DNA of 64,000 bases from Hydrolagus colliei (taxonomy: Eukaryota), in contig CM068756.1 of the NCBI GenBank assembly GCA_035084275.1, positions 7,564,001-7,628,000 on the forward strand, given 5' to 3'. How positions within the stretch are numbered: the stretch's first letter is position 1; the number at the start of each line of letters is the position of its first letter. The position numbers and the translations under genes were made by a program. Shown here in pieces: positions 1 to 13,755 of the stretch. The notes under the pieces are model-generated. The model was not told where the DNA came from, did no database searches, and saw only the letters and a list, made by a program, of their open reading frames with translations.

Positions 1-1239
1 ATGAAATCACTTCATATATGTTGCATTTGAATGCATTAAATAATTCAGCTGGGAGGCAAAGCAGAGAGAGAGAGAAAGACACCAAAAATAGGTAATTTTA
101 CTAGTGCGGTTGGTGTTGGAAAGTTGGTGTTTAAATTCCGACCGACTGAATACTACAAAAATATCCATTCCTTTGAAAGCAGGAAGCATGAATAGATATT
201 GAATTCTATAGAAAATACAAAATGAAGCATGTTGTATGATATCAATCAGCAGGCACATATTTTAGAATGAGACTCCTTCGAAAGGACTTCCATTACCAAA
301 TTTAACTAACCTAATGAATGATTTTGCATTTATTTTAAATTAGGGATGAGAATCCATCAGAAAAAAACAAAAATCTGAAACCTCATAGCAAAATAAAACT
401 GTGTGCTTGAGTCAAATCACTACAAATTACACTCACTCACTCACCAATATTTCACAGCTACTCCACTGTTTCCTTTAAGCCACATTTTTAAAAAAAACTA
501 AGTAGATTTGAATAATATTGAATTTGATTTTAGGGGTGACAACTTTAAGTACACAGAGGGCTTTTAATACAGTTTGTGGTTATGAGAGGCAGTTCTCATC
601 TGTTTAAAAGCTGTGGGTTTGACAAATTAAAGAATTAAAATTAAACACAAATTATTAAAAACCCCAAAGAGAAAAGCTACATCATGAGCCATAAAGTTAC
701 TTGAAATGTGAATGATCAATAAAAGACAAAAACAAAATATTCAACCAGTTAAAAAAAGACCTTGCTGACTTGGGATTTACAATTTTTGCACATTTGCAAG
801 ACTGGAGATCCCAGCATTCATAACCAACATCTAGCCAGCCAGAAGGCAATAGGAGGCTCCTTTGCCTATCATCCCTTATCTTTTGGTAAGAGTTCGTTAG
901 GAAGCTGTTGGATATATTTGTTTCCGTGCAATGCTAATATTCTCACTTCATAAAAAATATTTAAGCAGTCCTTTAGGCAAATGGATTTAAGTGTAATGCT
1001 GAAGAATTTGTTTATTTTTATGAAACACAATCGATTCAAACAGGAGAGCTTAGCTGCAATATCTTTGGAAATTAGATGACGCACATCATAAAAGCTATTT
1101 TGTGAACTTGGATCTTCTTGGTATTTGGGCAATGTGGAAAAGTCTAAAATTTTGAAAGGAAGCAAATAAAACAAAAGTGTTCATTACAGTTATTAATTGT
1201 GCTGAGACAGAAACAGTTGTAGGGCTTATTGTGGATAAT

Positions 1240-1340
1240 CAAACTATCATCCCAATCATTCGCTACAACAAAAAAGCAAACTACTGTACTAGGTTGCATA
1301 AACAAAGAGTTGAAGTACAGATCAAATGAGGTTATACTGG
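1240..1340 (+). mobile_element. Degraded CR1-like LINE ORF2 fragment
   Basis: Translation TTVLGCINKELKYRSNEVIL resembles the CR1 ORF2 C-terminal motif (A..LG.I.R.I.YKS.EV.L). Confidence 0.5.
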
Positions 1341-4300
1341 GGTCTAATTTGCAAAGAATTTATCAAACTCTGCATGCACCCAGATGTATGTTTAAACTTC
1401 CTCCGTTGGCTGCAATCTTCACAAAATTGGTAATGGAATTGGTGTATGAATGAAGTTCCAGGGGATTGGGAGAACGTATAGGACATTGATATTTCAGAAA
1501 ATTAGACCTCATTGTTGGTGCACAAGTTCGTGACCAGATCCTTTTTGAAGAAATATGTAACCTATCCTTGTATTCTCTCCCTCTCTTTTCAACTATAAAC
1601 AAGTCCTATCTATAGTCTTGTTCTTGCATCTAAATCTCTCATATGGAAAATAATATCGGAAGGACATTCCTACCTTTGAGAAGGTACAAAAATAAGTAGA
1701 AATTAGATACCAGGTGTTATTTTGGGAACAATGCTGAAATATTCTCCTAGGAACTATGCTAATGGCATTATAAGAAATAAAGCAGTGTAAATTAGCATTA
1801 CACTAAAAGGGGAAGGGGTCATTTTTGTTAGTTTTATTAATATTCAATATTAGAGCATATAATTCAAGTTCTTGCATTAAATATTTGTTCCATTGTTACA
1901 CAAAAATAAATAGTATTTTTCACTTCACTACAGAAATGTTCCGTCAAGCCACAAATGTCCAGTGGGTATCTCAAAACATGAAACACCATTGCATTCTTCT
2001 TTTCAATATTAACAAAGGAATACGGCATTTCATTTTTAACTGAGGACAAGAACACAGAAATCTGAAAGTAGATTTATTAACTTTATCCACTTTACTTTTC
2101 TGCTATTTTCCATTCAATAACTCTTCCCTCTCTTTTACAGACACTACATCATTCCCAGTTAAGGCAAAGAGATAGGAGGTAACCCGTTCCCATCGCTAGT
2201 TAGAACTTTTTCTTTTCTCTGCAACTCACCCTAGGGATTTAATCGGTAGATGGGCAAAAAACAACATAAATCCACAACTTACCAGCAACATCTTAGTACA
2301 TCTTACTGCATCAAGCTGCCCTACTACTTTCCAACTCAAAAATAAAGCAATACCACCCATAAAATATTTAACACCACACATTACAATTTGAAATATGTGA
2401 CTATCTTAATTGAACTTCTTTTCTCCAAAGACACCCTATGCAGTTTAGTGATCTGTATCTGCTGTTAAATTTGTCTTATTAATGTTGCTTTAAAACAGCT
2501 GTATTCTTTTAGTGTAAATTTATGAAAATCTTCAAGCCTAATCCCATGAGCCCAGTTGCAGTGGGAACATTCAACAACCTTAGCTGTATATAGACTAGAC
2601 TTATTGAACCACAGCCCCAAAAATGATAGTCTAATGACTGGAAGCTAGGACATATTGAGTATTAGCCGCATGTAGTTGCAAATAAACCCACAAGAGAGGG
2701 CAGCAGCTTGTAGGTAAATGGATTCTGTTGTGAATGTTCAATGTTTTTCTCAGTGTATAATCACACCCAATTTCTAAAAACTCAAAATTAAAATGTCTGA
2801 GCTTTTGTATTTATGGCAACATCTATACTACAGTATGGCTCCTTCTTGAAGTTGCAGTCATTTACTTCAAACTAACGCATTTAATGGTGAACAGATCTTT
2901 GAGAATATACCACAGGGATGTGGTTCAGCCACATGTAACTCAATATATGTCAACAGCTGTAAAAATATTGGTTGGGGAAGGCAGAAAAAATCCATACACA
3001 CAGATCATGTGCCCTGCTTACTAGTTATAAGTGCTTTCAGATTTCCCCCTTGCAAACAGTAATTGGGTAATTCTGGCATGAGGAGTCATAAAAGCAGAGG
3101 TTTTCTTTGAGGTTGGATGATCAAAAAGGTTGTAAATGAAAATGATCTTAATGTCTGAGGCCTACTGAGTGACCATGGCTCTGTGTGTAGCATAAGGGGT
3201 TGTTCTAATCTTACCAACTGCAATGTTTCAGCAGCCCATATTCCTGGGGAGTTCACAACTCCCCAGGGTGAATATACAGTAAATTCTAGCTAATCCCCTC
3301 TGCATACAAATGAGCCCCTGGTACTTGAAAACTGCAGGACCAGACGGCTTGAATACACTGCTGGCTTTCTGGTCATATGCTTTAGCAAGCAAACACAAAA
3401 AAATGATAAACAAGCGAAGACTGCATGCTATACAATAGAAGCCTGACTTTGCCAAGTACGATTTCAGATAAAGTTTACAAAACTGTCTAGAAATGCTGAA
3501 GCCAAAATGCCTGCAGTACAGTCCCTACACATGAATCCTATCCACTGCAATCATTGCGGCTGAGTTGGGAATTCAAGCTCACCACAGTCTGGAGTCCAGT
3601 CCAGGTTATATTCCCTTCCCTCACTCAGCTAGATGCATGCTTCCTTGTGAAATCAAAAGGCTTACTGTCAATCTTCTGACGGTGCAGCCTTCCTGCTAAG
3701 ATATGTATGGAGGTGATGAGGAATCAGAATGCTGCTCTGGCACCACCATGCAGCCCTGAGGTTTTGCCCAATACAGCTGGGGACTTTATAAAAGTAGAGC
3801 TTGTCTGCTTTCATGTATGTTCTAACTGCTAAAATCTCTCAGTTGTATTGCAGTGCGCAAACTGTGTAGAAAAAGAACAATGGCTTCATGAAAATCATTG
3901 CTCATACTGTTTCACTGAAATCCCAAATGCTTCTTGCCTGACGGTTAGTTTGATTTTCCTTATATATAAATTCACAATAGCATATTGTATCCATGTATTG
4001 GGCTTCCTTCACCACTTTAGCACCACCATTAGTGGGAAGAAAATGTGTACTTTGTATGGAAATAAATTGCTCTGTATAAAATAAAATTGTATTGTTTATA
4101 GTATGATCATTGCTAATTACAATTACAAATGTTCAAAGGAACAATAGCAATACCCATAATTTTTTTTAAATGGTATGTTGCTCAGTCATGTTTCTGCGAG
4201 GATTGCTTTTTATAAATACAGTATTACATTGAAAATAAGCAGATTAATTCTATTTAAGTTAGACGAGCTATATCGCCTACATTTTGTGAAATATATCAAA

Positions 4301-5942
4301 TATAAAGATAGACGAGTCACATGCAAATTGTACAATGCTTTCTTTTTGGTTATTCAACCATCACAAACATTCTTGAATTTTTGAACAAAATCACAATACT
4401 ATCCGTGAAAGAAGGTCAAAGAACAACATTAATGAAAAGATGAGCAGTTGTGGTAAGAAACACAAGTGTGACTAGCTTTTGTCTTGTACTATTGATTTTT
4501 TTCAAAACCACATTATATTTCACCAAAAAGAGAAAAAATATGTAATAATCCTTTCAACTGTTCAACATTATTTCATTTCTAAATCATTCTGAAATACAGG
4601 AAAATTATTTTAATACCATTGATAGCTTTTTTAAAGTAATAAAAAAAAGCCAAGATAGAAAATAAAGGTTTCATCTCTGCACCATATGATGTAAACAAAT
4701 GAAAGAGCAGAGCAATATAGATTCCAGATGATCAGATTATTTGAACTGATTGAAGAGATCTCAGCTATTTAAAAAAAACCTAAGTATTGCTAATATTTTT
4801 CAGGAGCAGCAGCAGAAATAATTTGGCAATACATGCACCTATTTATGGGACAGGAACTGGAAAATAAATCATTTAGCCCAATTTTTCCTTCCCCATGGGT
4901 GCAAAAGATAATTTCACTGCCCACTGATGTGGTAATTCACCACAGTGAAATAAAAAATGACAAATCACTATGGCCCAGTGGCCCAGCAGGTTAGTGCATT
5001 AACACACTGTGCCACCGAGTTCTAGGACTGAGGCTTGCGCCTCAGAAGCCCCATGAGGTGGGTTCAAAGCTTGAGCTGTGTGACGACGCACAGAGAAAAG
5101 GCGAAGCATTTCCCCAGAAGGAAGGAGTAAGAAATGATAGTGTCGCTCATTTGTACAGAGTGGCTGAAGAAAAGCACTCGACAATTTGAATTACAAGATA
5201 CTTGCCTGTCGCTCTTAATTCTCTTGGTTGAACATTACACAGAATTAGATACCTGAAAATGTGATTTAAAAAGACATGCTACTTGTTGAAATGGCTGAAT
5301 TGAATTACTCGATTGCAAGTCTAAATTTTCATATTGCATTCAAAATTCAATTCCTGAACATCTCTGATTAATACTCAAAATGTAGCCTAAAGACAGGTAA
5401 GTCCGATTACAGTTTAAAAGCATGAACAATTGTGGATATACCGGCAAAACACAGTGCTTTATTTCCAATAAAAGAGTAACATTAAAGGATATTTTTCTGT
5501 GAACTCTCACTTGCTTTTCCTGCAGGGACCAATGTACCTGCAGTGAGTGACTGCAATAGGATGGAAATAATTAAAGGGAGGCAACAAATAGTGGTGGATG
5601 GGAAACCCCAAACAAATCTAGAATGAGAAAGCACACAAAAAAACACTGCATACCATGTCAGTATAAAACATAGACAAGAATGGTTTACATTGTAATACAA
5701 TCTTGGAAATTTGACAATTTCATAAATTGACTGTTTTATTGTCGCCATTTATGACATCATCAAACCTTTGAACCTCTATCACAGAATTAATCGGTTTTCT
5801 ACAGTTATTAAAAGAACTTAAAGAAACCCAGCTTCAAAATGAGGCTACATTTAGGAAGTTGGCAAAACTTCTACGCAAATTATATCTGGGTCTATAGGAA
5901 ACTCACCAAATTCAAACAATTTGTCAAAAATCTGGATGTTCT

Positions 5943-6478
5943 ACAACAACAATTTGCATTTATACAGCGCCCTCCATGCCAGACAGCGTTTCAGAGCGCT
6001 TCAGAATAGCAGAGCCTGGGACCGAGCCAGAGGGAGGGTGTAGGTGACCATAGGCGCGGTCGAACAGAAAGGTCTTCAGGCACAACCTGAAAATGTAAAC
6101 GAAGGAGTGAGGCGAAGGGATTGAGGGAGGGAATTCCAGAGTTTTGGGTAGTAGTGGCTGAAGGCACGACCGCTGATGGTGGAACAGAGGGTTCGGGGGG
6201 ACAAGGAGGAGGCTAAACCTGATAAAGCGGAGGCAGTGGGTACTGCTGTGAGAAGAGAGGAGGTTAGAGAGGTAGGGGGACGCAGAGGAGTGGTGGGATT
6301 TAAACAGAAGAGAAGTCAATCTGCTCTGTGACAGGGAACCAATGAAGTCTGGTGAGGACTGGGGTAATCCGGAAGCGAAGTTTGGTTTGGGTGAGAATGC
6401 GGGTGGTAGAGATTGAGTTCGATTTTGTGAATGGTGGTGGAGGGGATACCGACGAGGAGAGCATTGGAGTAGTCCAAT
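5943..6478 (-). mobile_element. L2 LINE 3' fragment
   Basis: (CAA)n tail followed by ttgcatttatacagcgccc on +; minus translation contains SPYLSNLL and FRLCLKTFLFDRAY typical of the L2 ORF2 end; similar to copies at 18.5, 21.6, 54.0 and 58.8 kb. Confidence 0.85.
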
Positions 6479-7291
6479 CTAAAATGCTATATGGAGTAAT
6501 TCTATATTCAGGTGGAATTTCTCCCCATTAGTATTCAATGGTCTTTTTGCACTTAATTTGTGCAATGGATTTTTCAAATCTCCAAGATTGTTTGGGGGAA
6601 AATTTATCTCTTTCAAAGGCACACAGAGTCGCCCCAACAAGCAACTCCCGCACCTTTTATGTAGTGCGGCTAATTTTGTCAAGAGCTAAAATCCCAACAA
6701 ATGTCTTGCTCGAGGGCCACACTGAGTAATTCTGCAACACTCTGTGCCATGGGGTGAAGGCATGATGCACCTGTGTTCCTCACACAGCGATTTCATCATC
6801 CCATTGTGGGCAGTTGTCAAGAGAAGGACAGGCACTTGCCCACAGGAAATGGACCCAGGCCATATAATATGTATCACTGCTAAACAGTGACCACCATGCC
6901 ATATGGCATTGTATCTTTTTTTAACTTGGATAGGCTAATTGATAGAGTAATTTCACATTTTAAACAGACAAATGTTTTAAAAAAATGTATATGCACTGTA
7001 TACTTTCCTTCTTTTCCTCTTCCTCTCCCTCCAACTAACCTCTCTGCCCAGGCTTTGGAACATCTCTGGTGCTTAGTTGCTCCCAGGCTTTGCTAATGCT
7101 ATTCAAGCTACTCAACGGGAAGCAAATGAAAGTGGCCTAGTCTTTATGAGAGGATGTTTAGACATGAATACTATTAGAAATATGGCTCAGATAGGAGGCA
7201 ACTTGAAAGAGAGGAAAAACTAAACTGGTGAGCTACCACACCCCTAAATTGCTGCACTTTTAAAGCTTTTGAGGTATTTTTAAATACAACT

Positions 7292-7460
7292 ACAACTAAT
7301 AATAATCATAATCTTTGCATTTGATATAGTGCTTTTCACGTCTTCTAGACGTCTTAAAGTGCTTCAAAGACTATACCGTAAAGTGAATTGACTGTATATT
7401 TGTGGGCGAAATGCGGCAGCCAATTGTGCACAGAGGTGTACAATGAGATGTAAAGGGACA
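7292..7460 (-). mobile_element. 3' part of tRNA-derived SINE (Deu-type core end, L2-like tail)
   Basis: Closely similar to the 3' half of full copies at 46620-46939 and 57526-57818 (gtgaattgactgtatatttgtgggcgaaa..ggcagccaattg). Confidence 0.85.
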
Positions 7461-8199
7461 GCAACTACCATCATTAATTTTCCAATCACAGTCAATATAT
7501 ATGATATAGATTCATGATTAACTTTGATGTGTACTTGATCTTTTCAAATTCTTGCACTTTCTACCTTGCATGCACATTACTTTCCCTGCCATTTGCAAAG
7601 CTGTTCTGAGGCTTGCTTTGTTGTCCTGCCATTTTACACCAACCAGAGTGGGCATCAGAGCTGCTGCAGACCATTGACAATTTGTGCTGTAAAATGCTGC
7701 TTTCCCTTCAAGAAAACTAAATGTCAGCACAGACATTATCCGTTCAGGCCACTACAGAACTGTCATGTCAAATGAGTGACATGAACAGCTGACATTGGGA
7801 AAACAGCAAAGCTGCAAAAGAGAAAACAGAATAAAAACTCAAGGGGAAAATAGGAACAGAAAAGAAAGAAGACTTTGCAATTCTAACACTAGCCAGCCCT
7901 CAAGGACAGAACACCGTTACAAAACCTATGCAAATGTAGAGAAAGATAAGGTGGGCCACATTGCTTGTCGAGGCACCTGTAGTAATCTAAACAAAAACAA
8001 CAAAAGAGCGCTTTCAAATTCATAACGTTGAAACATATTTAGACTTTAAAGGCAGTGTCGAGGATAGTACTGAGGCTGGATCCTAGAGTTAGAGGGATGA
8101 GCGAATGATAAATAACTAAATTAACTTTCACTCTTCAACTTCCAAAAGTCATAAATATAAAAAGTGAAATCAAACAGTAAAAGTAAAACCTAGAACAAT

Positions 8200-8335
8200 T
8201 CCAGACAAGAGAAGAGGAACCAGGTTAAGGGCAATTTTAGGTGAGACTAGGAAGTATTTATTTTCAGAGGATAATCAATAACTGGAATTAGTTTCCAGAA
8301 AGGGTGTTAGGACTAGAACATTAAACAAAACGTTT
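8200..8335 (+). mobile_element. Degraded CR1 3' fragment
   Basis: actaggaagtatttattttcagaggataatcaataactggaat resembles the CR1 R..FF..RV...WN region. Confidence 0.45.
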
Positions 8336-11039
8336 TTGTAGACATTTTGGGATGAGGTCAAATTAACTGGAACATCTTAGAATCCACGGGAACATTACAT
8401 TTATCAACAAAACCTCTGTTGTAATCTTATGAATTAGGAAATAGAACAAAAATCTAGTTTTACACAATTTGATCAGAATTGAACTGCAAGGTTTTTGCTC
8501 ATAACATTGAATTTCAGTGTCTGGGTAGTGGGTACCTATAATTTATATGATAAGCTCACATCGTGGGGTAGAAAGAGAAGATTTCTTTTGAAACACCCTT
8601 ACTTCATGTCACTGCATTCCATTTGTTAAACACCAAAAAGGTATGCGAAAAAGGTTTTCCATATAGATGGTGACCTTCTTTGTATGATTAAGCTCAGCAC
8701 TTCCTTCTTTGTATCCTTTTCCCCAATAATATCATTTATAGTCATTCCTTTTTTTAAAAAAATAAATGGGAGTGGAAAAAGGAAATAAACAGAAACATGA
8801 AGAAGCAGAACAATATCAAATTAATCACCATTCCTTCTAATTATTTGATTTAAATGTGTTTAATGTGTTTACCAATGTGTTTACAATAGGGAACAAGGTT
8901 AATGTTATTAAAATGTTTGTGTTTAAATTGTGGTTTTAGATGTAGGTAAGAATTAGCATCCCTTAAGTATGATCTGATGCTTGAGTAGCTTTATTGTGTA
9001 ATAGTGTTTATTCAGCATTACAGTGCTTTCAAATTTATGACCTGCAAACATTTCTCGTGTTTTAAATCTGAAGAAATTGAACAAAAGCATCATGATTCAT
9101 TAGCTAAAATCGACAAAAAACACAGGTCCACAGAGACGAGAATTCTCATAGACCTAATGTTTAAAGTTTTGCGGGTGTTAAACTCAATCTTTAACCCACT
9201 GTAATGTTGCTGAACCAAAAAATTAATTGTAGATTACCGCAAATTAAATTGCCCCATGAAACGTATTTCACAATATGTAGTTTGAAAATTTACAAAGAAT
9301 ATTTACAGTTAATTTTTGGTGAAAGTGATACAAATGAAAAGGAGTATAAAGATGAAAAGTATTCCAATAGTGAAAGGGCAAGTTTCAAATTGCATTTGTA
9401 ATAATGCCTGTGAAATATTAAACCCACATTAGCATCTTGAGGGTAACTCTCTCAAATTAATATTGATATTAATAACTCTTTTTACATCAAAGACTTTTTG
9501 GCACATTAATATATTGATTGTGTTCTGAATTTTAGGGGACTCGATAGAGGAATAACAACCCATTGAAAACATTACTATTGGAACACACTATGTGCAGAAA
9601 ATGTACACCGAGGTCTCTGCTTAAGGTCCACTCACAGCAGTAGAGCACTGTAGGGACAAACGGGCCTCACTATGCTCTCGTGTTAATCTGGCTTGTTATC
9701 CTTTTTACAGATTGCTGTCTTATTTCAATAGTTGAATGATAATCAGAGCGCCAAATGGGCTTCAGAAAGTTATAGTCAGATGAAAAGAAGTCAACAAAAG
9801 GAAGTCTTTAGATGCAGTGAATTCGCTCGCTCCATTGGTGTATTATATTTTAATGTACTGTATTTTAATTTAGAAAAATGTAATATGTGTATAAGTATTG
9901 ACTGTGTCTGTGTATAAATACTAAAAAATGTTGGGACACACATCAAAACACTTCAGCTGCTGGTTCTGTTGCCTTCCTGTTGAATGGCATTTACAACTAC
10001 TAATGAATGATGGTCCTTTTGAAACTTTTGTTGATCCAAATTGTTGATGATATAATGCCAGTGTACAGTGCCAATGCACTGATTTACAAAAGGGTATATA
10101 TTCTTACTATTTAGCATGCTTTTATTGACTATTATAAATTATAATGAATACGTATGTTGAACGGATTAGGTTTACCTGAAGACCTAAGGGCAGGTTTACA
10201 CAATTACTTGCCTATCATGTCCTGTTTTGTCATATCCAGGTATTGGTTTTAAATGAATTTTATACACACTTTTCTTTCATAAAAATACTGTACAACAAAC
10301 AAGTGGAATGAAGCTATGGTCAGAAGAGTACACTTTGGTTTTGCCAAGGTTGCAAAACAGAAAACCTACTTTGCAAGCGTTTTTATAATGGAATGATTTT
10401 GAAACATAAACTACTTTTCTGTGACTTTTTTGAATATCTTTTTTTAGCCTGTAGTTTGAAGCATGGCCTAAACGACAGCTGTGAAGGCCTCTCCCTAGCT
10501 TAGCCCTGCAGGAGCTCTAATGTACTTCATTCAGGGGCTGGGAGCTGCTTTTAATCTATCAGCACGACTCCACAGCTGCTGTAAGCTAGCTGAAAATGGT
10601 CTGCACTTGGGGCTTAACTTTTGTAACCCTTTATGTACATCATGTTTAAAAATATATCAAAATAGCAAACAAAAATTACATGCATCCATGGTTTGCAGGA
10701 AATCCAGTTTTGGAAACTATCAAAGCAAATGAAGATCCAATGTGAAAAGTGTTATTTTCATCAATGCTGATTTTCATAAGAGCTGAATGTGATCTGATTA
10801 TAAACTTGTGTATTACAGTAATTGATGGTCAAGGATGAACTGCAGAAGTATGCGCTGCCCTGAGTGGTTTGGGGGCAAGTATGTGCTGAAATAATGCAGC
10901 CAAAACAACAGACCACACACACATTTGCAGTCCGTCCCTGACCATCTGTTATTTTTATTAGAAGTAAAAAGGCATTTCCTGCCTTCAATTCAATTTGTGG
11001 AAAAATAATCAGCAGTAAACAACAATTGGTAGAGAACTG

Positions 11040-11345
11040 GGTGGCGCTGTGGATTAGTGCACTGTCGATTCATCTCAGGAACCCAGGTTCAAATGCAGCT
11101 CAGAACTGATGGAATAACTGTTTCATCTGCTGTGGGGATCCTAAGTGAAATGATATTTGGCCAGTTGTAAGTGATTGTAGGCCCAGAGCACAAAACTAAA
11201 AACAATTTGCCACATATCGTCAGTCTCAGTCGTAGAAGCTGTAAAGATAGCTGGGAAGGTGGAAAAAAAGACAGCACAGAATCAAGGTATATTCGAGGGT
11301 ATATTTAAAGGCATATCGTTGGGACACACAGCATTGCTTTGCTTG
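11040..11345 (+). mobile_element. Ancient tRNA-derived SINE, LF-SINE-like
   Basis: Head gtggcgctgtggattag and B-box-like ggttcaaatgcagctcag, followed in order by blocks recalled from LF-SINE (cctaagtgaaatga, cacaaaac..caatttgccac, cagtctcag). Confidence 0.55.
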
Positions 11346-11543
11346 ACTGAATTTTTAATGCTGATGCTGCATACTCAAATTAAAAAGTGTTCCATTCCGA
11401 TCAATAGCCTACTTCACCTCGACAAGCAACAAAAAGGTCCACCAAAACAAACTTTAAACCAGATGGAGGAGGGGGCGCCACTGATTGTGAGACCGTGCAA
11501 TAGCATGACCATTATTTTTCTTAAAAAGAGAGGCATGTTATAC

Positions 11544-11605
11544 AAGGGGTGGTGGAAAGAAACCCTATGCATTAGCTTGCATAGGGTTTCTTTCCACCAC
11601 CCCTT
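11544..11605. repeat. Perfect inverted repeat: 28-bp arms, 6-nt loop
   Basis: aaggggtggtggaaagaaaccctatgca-ttagct-tgcatagggtttctttccaccacccctt. Confidence 0.97.
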
Positions 11606-11609
11606 CACT

Positions 11610-12020
11610 GCACTAAACAAAATCTAAGTAAACTAAAGGAGAATTGATGGAAACCCATTAAACTTTAAGTGCATCATGGTGGATTTCCCAAAAGACATCT
11701 TGTAGCTTCTGTGGCAATAAGTTGCAAAGCGTTTTGGAGATGGAAGACCAGAGATAATCAAAGTTCTGCTGGGCTTGCCCAAGTTTACCTCTGCTAACAA
11801 TGATCCTCATCTGTATGACTTCAAGGAACCTCACCAGCTGATGAAACAAGTCGAGGTCATCAAAGAATTTGGGGGAAATTATCAAAAACTATAAGCATTT
11901 GGGAGTTCCCCAGGAATGGTTCGGGCAAGTATCTGTTTGAGAAGCTCCCTGTGAGGAAGTGCAGCTGGAGTGGGATTTAACAACTGTCCGAACATTACGC
12001 ATCTCATCATGAAAACTGCA
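11610..12020 (-). mobile_element. Degraded L1/Tx1-clade LINE ORF2 C-terminal fragment (tentative)
   Basis: LWSSISKTLCNLLPQKLQDVFWEIHHDALKV resembles the W..I.....K..D..W...H.AL.V motif preceding the CCHC (zf-RVT) region of L1/Tx1 ORF2. Confidence 0.4.
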
Positions 12021-13755
12021 GCAGTAGGTTTCTATCAGAAAGTTATATCAATGTTAATATAATATTAACATTTTAATTGTTTAGCATCAAAATAAGTAAA
12101 AATTCTGGTCATTACAGTTTAACAGAAACACAATACAGAATACCCCACACTTTATATTTAGGGTTTACACCTTACTTCTATGTAACCCTGCAGTTCCAGA
12201 TATGTCTGAAACGTAAAGAAAGCTGTTTTTATTCAAATACATCTATATCGGACTGAATTGTAGCCACAACTCACACATTTGTCAGCACTGTAGTTCCTTC
12301 AATAATGATCCATGTAAAAACAATAGTTTTTACTTCCATAATGGAAAATACATTTGTCCATTTGAATATGCATTTGTTGCAAATTGTATAAATGAAATTT
12401 GTATTAAATTTCAACTTTGTGATTGGGCTAGAATTGCTGAAGCAATTATTTTGCTATATAATTGCACGTTGTTGTTGTTTCTCTACATTTCATAACCCTG
12501 GATAAAGGCTTTGTAGTCTTGTAGTTTCTGATACTGGTTACAAAACAGTCCTTGAAAAGCCTCCATGTAAATATTCTTCAAGAATACAGACATAATTCTA
12601 CATTTCTGTGCACTCTGAGGTAGTGAATGAGGAATGGAGTTTGGTTAGAACATGATCAGTTTCCAAATAATAAGTGCATGTGATTTTTATAGCAAAGCAA
12701 AATGGTTTGCAAAATATACCAAAACCTCGATGCAGAAGCAGCAATCCGTTTCACGATCGCACAAACAATAATGGCTGTGGTGCTGGACATGAAATGGTTA
12801 ATGTGGTGAAGCAGTTATTTATGTACTCTTAAGTCAACAGCAAACTCACCCCAAAAAACTTTATAAACACTGTTAGAAAATATTTTCCCAATTTTTTTTT
12901 GCAGTTGTGCTGTAAAGCCCACAGCTTGTTCTGTTTTTAGTACACTATCTCCAGTAGGCTCAGTTCAGAGTCGTTTTCTTTCTCCTAGGAAGGTACTCTG
13001 CTGCGACCAGACATTTATCATTAGTCTCTGGTACAATTTTTTCCGGTTTTTCCACTTACATTAAAAAAAGTAATTTTTGTTTTAATTACCCTCTTCAGTG
13101 GAATGTTGATGAAGTAACAGGGTCTTGCGCTTTGGGGGCTCTACCTCATTCCTGTGCTTTAATGAATATAATCCTTAAGGAGCTTTAAAACAACCAACGC
13201 TGGGCTCAGGCCTGCAGCTGCCAAATACATTATACACTGACAAAAGGCAGGAGTTTGATAACTATACGCAGAATCCATCTTTGTCAGATATACCAACAAA
13301 AAAAAATGACTTAACGCTTTTACTCCAAAGAATTTCAGGAATTTTCAATATTTTCCGTGAAAAATGAATGCTCGGTTCAGGCAAAATCATTCAGAAAGGG
13401 TTAAAGAAATACTTAGAAAAATGAATACAACAACCAGGAAAAACCTCTGATCCCCAAGACAGGGTATATAGTACCATCTGCACATTTTTTATTTGAGTAA
13501 TTATCAGATAATTAAGTGCATGATTTGTGAAAGAGCCAAAGCATACCATTAAAATATGTAATGCTTCTAGTTCTAAGACTGAATATAACACAAGCTGATG
13601 TGCTTCCAATGATCTACCAAAAAAAAACGGTAACCGCTGAAACTTCAAGACCTCTCCAAATACTGATAATAGAGATTACAAAAATCAAGTTATTTATTCA
13701 AATGTAGAGTGCGATTTTAATGAAGCAGATATAAACCAGCAGATTTAACAAAGTA

